DNA of 64,000 nucleotides, from assembly GCA_902538155.1 (NCBI GenBank), contig CACBDX010000001.1, positions 19,301 through 83,300 on the forward strand. Reading direction: 5' to 3'. Made by a program: the position numbers and the translations under genes. The notes beneath the pieces are model-generated. The model was given only the letters and a program-made list of their open reading frames with translations, was not told where the DNA came from and searched no databases. Below, in pieces: positions 8,858 through 18,130 of this stretch. Within the stretch, counting starts at the first letter, position 1. Every line of letters starts with the position of its first letter. Source of the stretch: an uncultured Alphaproteobacteria bacterium (GTDB lineage Bacteria; Pseudomonadota; Alphaproteobacteria; HIMB59; GCA-002718135).

Positions 8858-10018
8858 ATGAAAATAAAAACAAAATTAACAAAAATAGGCAGAAATCCTC
8901 TTAAACAAAAAGGTTTTATCAATCCTGGCACCTATAAAGGTTCTACAATGATCTTTAATACATATAAAGATTACTTAAACGATATTAAAAATTTTGATGA
9001 TAGAACAACATATTATGGAATAAATAAAAATCCATTTCATAAGCAATTAGAAGAGAGTATTTCTTTTTTATATAACTGCAATGATACAGTATTATCACCA
9101 TCAGGATTAGCCTCTATAGTTATTCCTTTTTTTACTTTTTTAAAATCTGGTGATGAAGTTTTAATAAATGATAGTGTTTATAGTCCTACCAGAACTTTTT
9201 GTGAAGACATTCTTAAACAGTATAATGTTAAAATAAAATATTTTCATCCCACAAAAAATATTAATAGTTTTCAGAAATTAATTAACAATAATACTAAGCT
9301 AATTTATTTAGAATCTCCAGGTACAGCAACTTTTGATATTATTGATATACCTTTCATTACAAAAATTGCTAAAAAAAACAAAATACCAACTGTTATGGAT
9401 AATACTTGGGCTTCACCATTATTTTGTAATCCAATTAAATTAGGAATTGATATTATTATTGATGCTGGAACTAAATATATAAACGGCCACTCAGATGTAT
9501 TAATTGGTTTTGTTTCGTCTAATAAAAAATATTCCAAAAAAATAAGAACAGCTTCAAAAACTTTAGGTATATGTCCTGGTTCAGAAGAAGTTTATTTAGC
9601 AATTAGAGGATTGCCAACACTTGAAATTCGAATGAGAGAAATTGAAAAAAATGCTTTGTTAATGGCAAAATATTTACTCGATCATGATCTTGTATCTGAT
9701 GTATTTCATCCAGCATTGCCGCACACAAAAAATCATAAAATATGGAAAAGAGATTTCTCTGGTAGCACAGGCTTATTTTCATTTATGCTGAAAAGGAAAT
9801 ACTCAAACAATCAAATTGAAAAATTTTTTAATAAACTTAATATATTCAAATTGGGATACAGTTGGGGTGGATTTGATAGTCTCATTACCTTTCCTCCATT
9901 AGATAAAAGAGAGTTTAAAAATAGAAATACTGGAACTTTAATTAGATTATATTGTGGATTGGAAGATATTGATGATCAAATAAAAGATATTAAAAATGCA
10001 TTAAAAATTTTAAATTAA
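8858..10018 (+). CDS. metC: cystathionine beta-lyase (PLP-dependent, Cys/Met metabolism family)
   Basis: The ORF track starts at TTG 8852; the ATG at 8858 is more likely. The family pattern TKYINGHSDVLIG contains the PLP-binding Lys. Confidence 0.8.
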   Translation: MKIKTKLTKIGRNPLKQKGFINPGTYKGSTMIFNTYKDYLNDIKNFDDRTTYYGINKNPFHKQLEESISFLYNCNDTVLSPSGLASIVIPFFTFLKSGDEVLINDSVYSPTRTFCEDILKQYNVKIKYFHPTKNINSFQKLINNNTKLIYLESPGTATFDIIDIPFITKIAKKNKIPTVMDNTWASPLFCNPIKLGIDIIIDAGTKYINGHSDVLIGFVSSNKKYSKKIRTASKTLGICPGSEEVYLAIRGLPTLEIRMREIEKNALLMAKYLLDHDLVSDVFHPALPHTKNHKIWKRDFSGSTGLFSFMLKRKYSNNQIEKFFNKLNIFKLGYSWGGFDSLITFPPLDKREFKNRNTGTLIRLYCGLEDIDDQIKDIKNALKILN

Positions 10019-10753
10019 ATGGATTTATATTTTTATATTTTTGCATCATTGGGGGTTTTTGTATTTGGTTTATCTAAAGGTGGTGTACCTGGTCCAATAG
10101 CAATGTTAGCTGTTCCTGTTATGTCTTTTGCGATGAGTCCTTTACAAGCTGCTGGTATTTTGTTGCCACTTTTAATTATAATGGATTTTTCAGCAATCTA
10201 CTTGTATTGGAAAAAATGGATAAATAGTATTTTAAAAATTATAATCCCAGCATCTATAATTGGTATTTTATTTGGAACTCTAACTTTTGAATTTACGAAT
10301 GAAGATCAAATAAGAATAATGGTTGGTGTTATATCTATTATTTTTGTTCTAGTTTCATTTATTCAGAAAAATAATTATTTGCTCAAACCAACCAAAGTTA
10401 AAGGTTACTTTTGGTCGTCTGTAGCTGGATATACTAGTTTTTTAATTCATGCAGGAAATCCGCCTATTAACTTTTATATGCTTCCTCTAAAGTTAGATAA
10501 AATTTCCTTTATTGGCACAATGACATTGGCATTTATGGTTATAAATCTTGTCAAATTGATTCCTTATTATTACGTTGGATTATTAGCACCTTCAAATCTT
10601 ATGATCTCTCTTTATTTACTTCCACTAGCTTTTATCAGTGTTTTAATTGGGTACTTTGTGCAAAAAAGAATTCCAGAAAAATTATTTTTTAATATTGTTT
10701 ATATTTTACTTTTTTTGAGTGGATGTAAATTAATTTATGATGGAATAATTTAA
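10019..10753 (+). CDS. TauE/SafE (DUF81) family sulfite/anion exporter membrane protein
   Basis: 244 aa, about 8 TM segments, N-terminal GLSKGGVPG motif. Its start abuts the metC stop. Confidence 0.7.
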   Translation: MDLYFYIFASLGVFVFGLSKGGVPGPIAMLAVPVMSFAMSPLQAAGILLPLLIIMDFSAIYLYWKKWINSILKIIIPASIIGILFGTLTFEFTNEDQIRIMVGVISIIFVLVSFIQKNNYLLKPTKVKGYFWSSVAGYTSFLIHAGNPPINFYMLPLKLDKISFIGTMTLAFMVINLVKLIPYYYVGLLAPSNLMISLYLLPLAFISVLIGYFVQKRIPEKLFFNIVYILLFLSGCKLIYDGII

Positions 10754-10765
10754 TAATATAGATAT

Positions 10766-11182
10766 CTAAATTTTTGTTTTATAATCAGCTCTTTTAATTT
10801 TTCTAAAACCAAAAGGTCCAGGAATAAATAATGTCATTGTGTTTGTATTAGGTTTTAAGTCAACTCTGTGCAGATGATCAGCAGACCTAAAACCAATGTA
10901 TCCAGGGGGTCTCCAAAATTTTCCTTTTTGTGTTGTTTCCCAATAACCACCTTTTAAAATAATTGTTATATAAGGACAAAGATGATTATGAACTCCTTCA
11001 CCATGGTCATCATCTAACATTTTATGGATTAAGATATTAAATGGAAACCATTTTGGTCTTTTTCTAAATAACAAATAATATCTTTCCATCCATGGTTTGG
11101 CCTTATGAAATTCTGGATGTGAAGGACCTCTGTCCAATACAATCTTTTTTCTTCCTAATTTTTCTAGTATTTTTAAAATCAT
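10766..11182 (-). CDS. hypothetical protein with HxH...H (cupin-like) metal motif
   Basis: 138 aa. Contains DDDHGEGVHNHLCPYITIILKGGYWE..SADHLHRV. Overlaps the upstream gene by 4 nt. The family is not recognised with certainty. Confidence 0.4.
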   Translation of the reverse strand: MILKILEKLGRKKIVLDRGPSHPEFHKAKPWMERYYLLFRKRPKWFPFNILIHKMLDDDHGEGVHNHLCPYITIILKGGYWETTQKGKFWRPPGYIGFRSADHLHRVDLKPNTNTMTLFIPGPFGFRKIKRADYKTKI

Positions 11183-11709
11183 ATTTTTAATTGAGGATAT
11201 ATTTCAGAAAATAATTTAGCTCCTTTTGAACAATTATCAATCCAATCATTATTTGAATTTTCATTTGCATAATCAGAAATATATTTAAAACATTTAAATC
11301 TAATATTGTATAATTTGCATACTTTAGCAAAAGAGTAAGCTTCCATATCAACAATATCACAATCTATTTCTACTGATGATTGAACAAAACTATCTCCTGA
11401 TGCACATATATACCCCTCATTAGAATATGTAATTATTGATATAGGATCAAAAGGAGTTTCACCTAATTTAAAGTTCATTAAACCTCTTGCATCCATATCT
11501 CTTTGAACAAACTGGGTGCATTCTACTAATCCTGATAAGTTTTGCTTTGTTGAACCAGCTGTTCCATAATTAATTATTTCATTAGGTTGAAATTTTGAAA
11601 TTAATTCCATAATTTTGATTGTAGCATTTATCTTTCCCACACCTGAATAGTGGAAATCTTTAAGATTTGGAGTTTCTTCTTTAAGTGCTGCAATAAAAAT
11701 TTGCCCCAT
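11179..11709 (-). CDS. compact MTA/SAH-nucleosidase-like (PNP_UDP_1 family) nucleosidase
   Basis: 176 aa. Motifs SGVGKINA, INYGTAGS, SGDSFV, DMEAYSFAKVC and ISDYAN parallel the Pfs/MtnN blocks. Shorter than the roughly 230-aa canonical enzyme. Confidence 0.65.
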   Translation of the reverse strand: MGQIFIAALKEETPNLKDFHYSGVGKINATIKIMELISKFQPNEIINYGTAGSTKQNLSGLVECTQFVQRDMDARGLMNFKLGETPFDPISIITYSNEGYICASGDSFVQSSVEIDCDIVDMEAYSFAKVCKLYNIRFKCFKYISDYANENSNNDWIDNCSKGAKLFSEIYPQLKI

Positions 11710-12539
11710 TAATTTGGTCCAATTTGTTTTATAATTTTTTTTGTAACTTTTGTTAAATCTTTAATCGTAGGTTTTAGTAATTGCAATCTATCATATGTTT
11801 TAGGATTATTTTTGAGATTTTTTCTCAAAGCTTCCCCAAATGTCATTCTAATTTCAGTGCCAATATTTAGTTTTGCTACTTTTGTTTTTCTTGCTAGTTT
11901 TTTTCTTTGCTCTACGGGAATGCCGCTGCTACCATGAAGAACTAAAGGGATTTTTGTTTTTGATTCAATTAAATTAATTTTGTTGAAATCAATACTTGCT
12001 TTTTTTGAAGTTTGTAAATGGGTATTACCAACTGAAATTGCCATTGCATCAATATTACTTTTGTTTGCAAAAGATACTGCATCTTCAATATTAGTACCTT
12101 CTGAAATTTTACCATTATCATAACCTACAAAACCTATTTCTCCCTCAACAGAAATATTATATTTGTGAGCTCTTGAAGCAATTTTATTACTAATTTTTAT
12201 ATTTTCTTTTAAAGTTAATTTAGAACCATCAAACATTACAGAAGTAAAGCCACTATCAATCCCTTCATAACATTCATCTAAAGTATATCCATGATCAACA
12301 TGACAACAAATATTCGTTTCTGTTTGGCTTGCTAAGTATCTAAACATTTTTCCTAATATAGAAATTGGTGTATGCGCTCTACATGAAGGGCCAGCTTGCA
12401 ATATAATCGGAATTCCAGTTTCATCAGCGGCTTGAGTAAAAGCTAAGGCATCATCCCAGCCTAGTACAACTAAACCTGCTACAGCATAATTATTTTTATT
12501 TGCATCATTTAAAATTTTTTTTAAATTTACAGCTGTCAT
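11709..12539 (-). CDS. class II ketose-bisphosphate aldolase family protein (IolJ/KbaY/Fba-like)
   Basis: 276 aa. Motifs HVDHG, GNTHL and LVLHGSSG match class II F_bP_aldolase. Confidence 0.8.
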   Translation of the reverse strand: MTAVNLKKILNDANKNNYAVAGLVVLGWDDALAFTQAADETGIPIILQAGPSCRAHTPISILGKMFRYLASQTETNICCHVDHGYTLDECYEGIDSGFTSVMFDGSKLTLKENIKISNKIASRAHKYNISVEGEIGFVGYDNGKISEGTNIEDAVSFANKSNIDAMAISVGNTHLQTSKKASIDFNKINLIESKTKIPLVLHGSSGIPVEQRKKLARKTKVAKLNIGTEIRMTFGEALRKNLKNNPKTYDRLQLLKPTIKDLTKVTKKIIKQIGPN

Positions 12540-13382
12540 TTATTTGTATTTAGCAATCATATCCTTAATACCTGGAATTGTTTCTACTTGATAAGCATGA
12601 TCAGGTTGAAAAAATTGGACAAGAGATCTTTGAGATAGTCCTCCAAGAATAGTAAAATAATACATCTCATACCCAGGTGCCACCACACAAGGATGATAGC
12701 CTGTTCTAATCATAATGGTTGACCCATCAATTATATGTTCAGCTTTACCAACTTTATCCTCAACTTGCTGAAACAGCTGAAAACCAAATCCATTATTAGG
12801 TTTAAATCTGTAATTATATGTTTCATCATGTCTAGTTTCATCAGGTAAACGATCTGTATCATGCTTATGAGGTGGAAAGCCCGACCAACCTCCCTGCCCT
12901 ACAGTATAAAGTTCATTACAAAGCAATCTTCCAACTTTATCGTGATGCTTAGCACCTAAAATATGTTTAATTTTTCTATGAGTTTTTGTGTCATCTGAGC
13001 CATACTGAACTAAATCAATTTCATTTGTTCGAACAGCAAATGGTTCCAGTGTTTTATCATACTTTGCGCCAGCAATAAAAATTTCTGAATTATCTACTAA
13101 AGATGTAAATTGAGCTTTTGTATTAGATGGAACATAAACACCTTCTGGTTCTCCATCCCACACATCAACTGTTCTAGTACCTAATGACTCAACTTTTATT
13201 CCTTCAATTTCTACATTAATTGTCCCAGTAGCAGGTACTATACATGTTTCATAACCAGGTGTTTGATATTCAAAAGATTGATCTTTATTTAATTTTACAA
13301 TGTTAAAATAATTTAAAGGAACTCTACTGTCTTCAATATCTACAATTGGCTTGTTCTTATTATCAAATGGCGGAATATGCAT
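12540..13382 (-). CDS. iolB: 5-deoxy-glucuronate isomerase family protein (IolB)
   Basis: Contains GGWSGFPPHKHD, the IolB signature. I prefer ATG 13382, which is preceded by AAGGAG-N6; the track start at 13397 would overlap iolC. Confidence 0.8.
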   Translation of the reverse strand: MHIPPFDNKNKPIVDIEDSRVPLNYFNIVKLNKDQSFEYQTPGYETCIVPATGTINVEIEGIKVESLGTRTVDVWDGEPEGVYVPSNTKAQFTSLVDNSEIFIAGAKYDKTLEPFAVRTNEIDLVQYGSDDTKTHRKIKHILGAKHHDKVGRLLCNELYTVGQGGWSGFPPHKHDTDRLPDETRHDETYNYRFKPNNGFGFQLFQQVEDKVGKAEHIIDGSTIMIRTGYHPCVVAPGYEMYYFTILGGLSQRSLVQFFQPDHAYQVETIPGIKDMIAKYK

Positions 13383-13383
13383 A

Positions 13384-14370
13384 TTATTCTCCTTCATTAA
13401 TTTTATTATATTTCATAAACTCTAAAATTTCATTTAAATTTGGCATTGCTGGCGCACAACCAACTTTTGTTACTACAATAGCTGCAGCGGCTGAACCTAT
13501 TTCTATAGATTTTTCTAAATCATTAGTCTGTAAAATTGATCCAATTAATGAACCCATAAATGCATCACCGGCTCCAGTTGGTTTCAAGGGCTTAACGGGA
13601 AATATTCCCTTTTTAATTACTTTGTTCATTGCAAAAGTAATGGAGCCTTTTTCACCTTTTTTATAAATAATTAAGCTTACGTTTTTAGCTAATTGTCTAG
13701 CATGATCCAAACCATTGTTATAATCACCAGCTAATACTCCAAACTCATCATCATTTCCAATTACACCGCTGCATTTACATGCTGCTAAATTGTAAACTTC
13801 TTTTGCTTTTTTTGATGACTCCCAAGTATATGGTCTATAATCTATGTCCATAATTACAGGAATATTATTTTTATTTGCTATATCTAAAGCATATAAAGTA
13901 GCGCTTCTCGAAGGCTCAGCTGCTAAAGAAGTTCCAGTAATTAATAAACAATCAAAATTTTTTATATTAGCATTTTCAACATCATCTTTATTTAAAAATA
14001 AATCAGAAGCTTTATGTCTATAAATAATTGATTGATGATCTTTAACTGTGGTCTCAACAATAGCAAAAGAAATTCTTGATTCATTTTTTTCAAGTTTTAC
14101 TAATTTATTCTTAACACCATAATGATTTAGTTGATTAATAGCCAATTTGCCTAAAGCATCATCAGATACTCTGGTCAGTAAATTACAATTACCTCCAAAT
14201 AAAGTTAATTGGACACCCATATTTGCAGAAGATCCTCCAAGATGAGTAACAAAGGATTTGGCATTTTCAGTTTTAGTACCTGGTGGATCAGGATAAATAT
14301 CAATCCCAGCTCTACCTATGAGTAAAAAATTATTTTTTTGAATTTTCGAAATTAAAAATTCAAACGACAT
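13384..14370 (-). CDS. iolC: PfkB-family sugar kinase, 5-dehydro-2-deoxygluconokinase-like (IolC)
   Basis: 328 aa. Has LLIGRAGIDIYPDP..GGSSANMG and the C-terminal GAGDAFMGSLI PfkB signature. Confidence 0.75.
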   Translation of the reverse strand: MSFEFLISKIQKNNFLLIGRAGIDIYPDPPGTKTENAKSFVTHLGGSSANMGVQLTLFGGNCNLLTRVSDDALGKLAINQLNHYGVKNKLVKLEKNESRISFAIVETTVKDHQSIIYRHKASDLFLNKDDVENANIKNFDCLLITGTSLAAEPSRSATLYALDIANKNNIPVIMDIDYRPYTWESSKKAKEVYNLAACKCSGVIGNDDEFGVLAGDYNNGLDHARQLAKNVSLIIYKKGEKGSITFAMNKVIKKGIFPVKPLKPTGAGDAFMGSLIGSILQTNDLEKSIEIGSAAAAIVVTKVGCAPAMPNLNEILEFMKYNKINEGE

Positions 14371-14374
14371 AAAA

Positions 14375-14716
14375 TTATTTATTTTTCATATCAATAAAGT
14401 CAGCATCATATTTAAAAGGATCAATTGAATCTATACACCCAATATTTATTGCTGCTCCATTTGGATCACTTCTTCTATAATGATGAGTATAGATGCCACA
14501 AATCTTACAAAAAAAATGTTCAGCAATCATTGTATTAAATTTGTAAGAAGTTAAGTTTTCTTTTCCTTTAAGAATATTTATTGCTTCTTTAGGGACCATA
14601 CACATTTTTGCGTTTTTTCTTATACAAATAGAACAGTTACACTGTTTAATAATTTCTAAGTCTGTTAAAACTTCTAATTGAACCGCTCTACAATGACAAT
14701 TTAAATTATATTTCAT
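14375..14716 (-). CDS. GFA/CENP-V family Cys-rich zinc protein (glutathione-dependent formaldehyde-activating enzyme-like)
   Basis: 113 aa. Cys pattern CHC..CNCSIC..FCKICG. Lies 4 nt upstream of iolC. Confidence 0.7.
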   Translation of the reverse strand: MKYNLNCHCRAVQLEVLTDLEIIKQCNCSICIRKNAKMCMVPKEAINILKGKENLTSYKFNTMIAEHFFCKICGIYTHHYRRSDPNGAAINIGCIDSIDPFKYDADFIDMKNK

Positions 14717-14764
14717 TTTATTTAACTATATTATAATATTTAATATAATTAAAGTTAATAAAAT

Positions 14765-15385
14765 ATGAACGAAAGCATGATTCAAGGTCAAATTATACGA
14801 CCATTTTCACCAGCTATAGGCAAATATAAATTATCAGATGATACAATAACTACACTTAACAATCATATTGATGAAATATTGAAAGATGAAAATAAAATTG
14901 ATGAATTATACCATGGCAAACAATTAGCAGGTGAAATTAAATATGAAATTAGATTAACAAAAGAATTTATTGATCAAAATTTAAAAGATGTTCTTTATAA
15001 ATTTGTATTTAATTTTGTTAAATCAACATTACAAAAAGAAATTAAGAAATTTGATTTAAAATCTAGTTGGGCTGTTTGTCAGTTTGAGAGTGACTATAAT
15101 CCAATCCATTGGCATGATGGCCATTTGTCAGGAGTAATGTACACAAAAATGCCAAAGGACTTAGGCTCATCATACAAAGCTCAAAATAAGAATGGAAAAA
15201 TCGCATTTATACATGGATCGACACAACTTTTAGTTTCATCCGTTTATGATGTAAAGCCCGAGGTTGGAGATTTATTTATATTTCCAAGTTATATGATGCA
15301 TACAGTCTATCCGTTCTTTTCTGATGAGGAAAGAAGATCAGTTTCTTTTAATGCATTCATAGATGAAGATGCTGCAAAATTCTAA
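14765..15385 (+). CDS. putative 2OG-Fe(II) oxygenase superfamily protein (TIGR02466-like)
   Basis: 206 aa. Contains HWHDGHLSGVMY, LFIFPSYMMHTVYPF and RRSVSFNAF. Confidence 0.6.
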   Translation: MNESMIQGQIIRPFSPAIGKYKLSDDTITTLNNHIDEILKDENKIDELYHGKQLAGEIKYEIRLTKEFIDQNLKDVLYKFVFNFVKSTLQKEIKKFDLKSSWAVCQFESDYNPIHWHDGHLSGVMYTKMPKDLGSSYKAQNKNGKIAFIHGSTQLLVSSVYDVKPEVGDLFIFPSYMMHTVYPFFSDEERRSVSFNAFIDEDAAKF

Positions 15386-15390
15386 TATTT

Positions 15391-15407
15391 GAAATAATTC
15401 AAACATT
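15391..15407. repeat. imperfect 17-nt copy of the tRNA-Arg T-arm (possible relic att site)
   Basis: GAAATAATTCAAACATT here versus GAAATGATTCGAACATT at 21184-21200. Same orientation, 15/17 identical, and both mismatches are G in the tRNA versus A here. Confidence 0.4.
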
Positions 15408-15463
15408 ATTACTTACTATATTGGAATATCATTTTCTTAATAATATTTAAATTTAGATTAAAA

Positions 15464-15649
15464 CTATAAAGCTAAATACGTAAACGGCGCCATAAATTCA
15501 AATAGTTTAAATATTAAAAATAAAATTGATGCAATAAATAAGGCAAAGATTAGTAATAGTTTTCCAAAATCAAGGTTTTTAAAAACAAATGAAAATAGTT
15601 GAAAAAATGTTTCAATTCTAGAAATAAAACTTTTTATAAAATTAATCAT
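15464..15649 (-). CDS. small membrane protein, SxtK/DUF5989-like (carbamoyltransferase-associated)
   Basis: 61 aa with one TM segment and a C-terminal APFTYLAL. This resembles the ..APFIYTLF tail I recall for DUF5989. Overlaps the carbamoyltransferase by 8 nt. Confidence 0.5.
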   Translation of the reverse strand: MINFIKSFISRIETFFQLFSFVFKNLDFGKLLLIFALFIASILFLIFKLFEFMAPFTYLAL

Positions 15650-17387
15650 TCTGATAAATTTTAAAATTACCGATATACATTAAGTCACAATTTGATCTTA
15701 AAAAAGTTGAAATTGCTTTTATTGGATTATCAACAATTGGTTCTCCCTTTAAATTTAATGAAGTATTCAGTAAAAGAGGTATATTTGATAAATTAAAAAA
15801 ATTTTTTATTAAATTATAATATAAACTATTATCGGCTTCTTCTACTAATTGTATTCTACAGGAATTATCTACATGCAAAACTCCTTCAAGTTTATTAGTA
15901 TTTTTTTTATTGTCGTAAGCAATAACACTCATATATTTGTAACTATTTTTAAATTTACTATCGATTTCAAAAAATTCTTCAGCCTTTTCATATAAAATGG
16001 ATGATGCAAATGGTTGGTAAGACTCTCTATATTTAATAACATTATTTATTTTTTGAGATAATTTTTTATTATCAGGTCTTGCTAATATCGATCTATTCCC
16101 AAGAGCTCTTTTTCCAAACTCTAGTTTACCCTGAAACCAACATATTATTTTATCTTTAAGTAAATAATTTGCAGCATCTGAAAGTAATTCTTTGGTAGTA
16201 TTAAATTTAGTGTAGCTAATTTTTAGATCTTTTAGAGTATCTTCAATGAATTCATTATCAAAAGAAGGACCTAAATATACATTTTGATTTAATATATTTT
16301 CATTTTTTTCTATTACATTATTCCAAGCCCACAATGAAGCACCTATAGAACCACCAGAGTCTGAAGGGCAGAAATTAATATAGATGTTTTTAAATTTAGA
16401 ATTTTTAAATGACTCATTATTTGCTTTACAATTTAAATGTACACCTCCTGATAAACAAATATTATCTGAAGGAAAAATTTCATATGCATGATTAGATTGT
16501 CTTTCAATTATGTCTTCTGTGATTTTTTGAGTAGAGTAAGCAATGTGTGCATATTTTTTAGATTTATCATTAGAAAGAACGAGATCTTTATTTAAAAATT
16601 CAGTGTTAGGTGTTCTAGGATCTCCTAGTAAATTAGTAAGTTTATTTGAAAAATTATTATATAGACTAAATTGATATTCAAAATAATCCATATTTTGATT
16701 AAAAATTTTTTTGTCTGAAGTTGATATGACTTTATTTAATTCATTATCGAAGGAATTATTACCATAAGCAGACATACTCATGACTTTATTTTCCCCTTCA
16801 TTTATTTGATGCCCAAGAAAAGACGTCATTGTTGAATAAAATAAACCTAAAGATTGAGGAAATAAAATTTCATCTAGTAATTTAATTTTATTTTTTTCTC
16901 CTGACCATATAGAAAAACTTTGATCTTCTCCAATACCATCATTAACCATGATACAACTATGACTTAGGTTATTCGTATAATAAATACTAGAAGCATGCGA
17001 TAAGTGATGTTGACAAAATAATATTTTATCTGAAGAAAATTTTAATTTTTTAACAATATTGGTTTTTGTCCATATTTTTTCTGATAACCATCTTTTCATT
17101 TGTGAAACAAAAAAACTTCTTGATTTAGGAAAATATTCTATTGAAGAATTTAAGATACGAAGAAATTTTTTAAGAGGTTTTTCGTAAAAAACAATGTAAC
17201 TTATATCAGAAATTTTAAGATTATTTGTATTTAAACACCACTCAATTGATCTTGAAGGAAATGATGAATCACCTTTTATTCCAGTAAAACGCTCTTCTTG
17301 GACTGCGGATATTATTTTACCATTTTTAACTAAAGAGACAGAGGAGTCATGGAAGTAACACGATATTCCAAGGACATATTTATTCAT
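15642..17387 (-). CDS. NodU/CmcH-family carbamoyltransferase
   Basis: 581 aa. The N-terminus GISCYFHDSSVSLVKNGKIISAVQEERFTGIKGDSSFP is typical of the family. Confidence 0.85.
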   Translation of the reverse strand: MNKYVLGISCYFHDSSVSLVKNGKIISAVQEERFTGIKGDSSFPSRSIEWCLNTNNLKISDISYIVFYEKPLKKFLRILNSSIEYFPKSRSFFVSQMKRWLSEKIWTKTNIVKKLKFSSDKILFCQHHLSHASSIYYTNNLSHSCIMVNDGIGEDQSFSIWSGEKNKIKLLDEILFPQSLGLFYSTMTSFLGHQINEGENKVMSMSAYGNNSFDNELNKVISTSDKKIFNQNMDYFEYQFSLYNNFSNKLTNLLGDPRTPNTEFLNKDLVLSNDKSKKYAHIAYSTQKITEDIIERQSNHAYEIFPSDNICLSGGVHLNCKANNESFKNSKFKNIYINFCPSDSGGSIGASLWAWNNVIEKNENILNQNVYLGPSFDNEFIEDTLKDLKISYTKFNTTKELLSDAANYLLKDKIICWFQGKLEFGKRALGNRSILARPDNKKLSQKINNVIKYRESYQPFASSILYEKAEEFFEIDSKFKNSYKYMSVIAYDNKKNTNKLEGVLHVDNSCRIQLVEEADNSLYYNLIKNFFNLSNIPLLLNTSLNLKGEPIVDNPIKAISTFLRSNCDLMYIGNFKIYQND

Positions 17388-18115
17388 ATCATAGATCGAG
17401 GATCGTATGTATTAAATTTGTAATTTTTTTTAAAAAACACTTTATTTATTGGAATAAAAATGAAAAATATTAATGCAAGTATTAAATCTCCAATTTTTGT
17501 CCAAATTTTTCTCGTATTAGAAAGTAAATCAGTTTTAAATCGAAACCATTTAATATAAAGATAAGATTTATATATTCCTTTAACACCGTTCTTTCGTCTC
17601 TTTTCTAACTCTTTTTTTGCATATAAAACATGATGACCTTCCTCTTTAGCTATTAACGAGAATAGAGCTCTTGTTTCAGAATTAAAATTTTTATTATTCG
17701 AGAGTTTTGTAAAATATTTCTCTGCTGCAGCTTCTGATATCATTACAAAATTAATAAAATCAAGCTCATTTAATTCACTGTAAATTGGTTTTTCTCCAAT
17801 GAAATTTAGATATCTTATTCTTTCGCCAATTTCAGCAATACCAGAAACATTAGCGGAATTATTATTAGAATTATTAATTAAATTTTTGGCATGATTAAAA
17901 AATAATTGCGCGTGCCTGAATTCATCTATGGCGTGATTTAAATACCCTTTTTTTAATTTATTAGTTGTAGTTAATTCAGCAGCCGCAAGCATATCTAAAG
18001 CACTTCCAAATTCAGCTAAACCAAAATTATTCAAAAAATCAGATTCTTGATTATTTAAGGAATTATTTTTTTTATTAATTTTTTTAAATATGGATTTGAA
18101 ATTAAATGATGCCAT
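17384..18115 (-). CDS. ferritin-like di-iron (2x ExxH) protein with C-terminal membrane anchor
   Basis: 243 aa. Contains AEFG..DEFRH and SEAAAE..EEGHH, then the TM segment IGDLILALIFFIFIPI. Confidence 0.55.
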   Translation of the reverse strand: MASFNFKSIFKKINKKNNSLNNQESDFLNNFGLAEFGSALDMLAAAELTTTNKLKKGYLNHAIDEFRHAQLFFNHAKNLINNSNNNSANVSGIAEIGERIRYLNFIGEKPIYSELNELDFINFVMISEAAAEKYFTKLSNNKNFNSETRALFSLIAKEEGHHVLYAKKELEKRRKNGVKGIYKSYLYIKWFRFKTDLLSNTRKIWTKIGDLILALIFFIFIPINKVFFKKNYKFNTYDPRSMI

Positions 18116-18130
18116 TAAAACTTAGTTATA

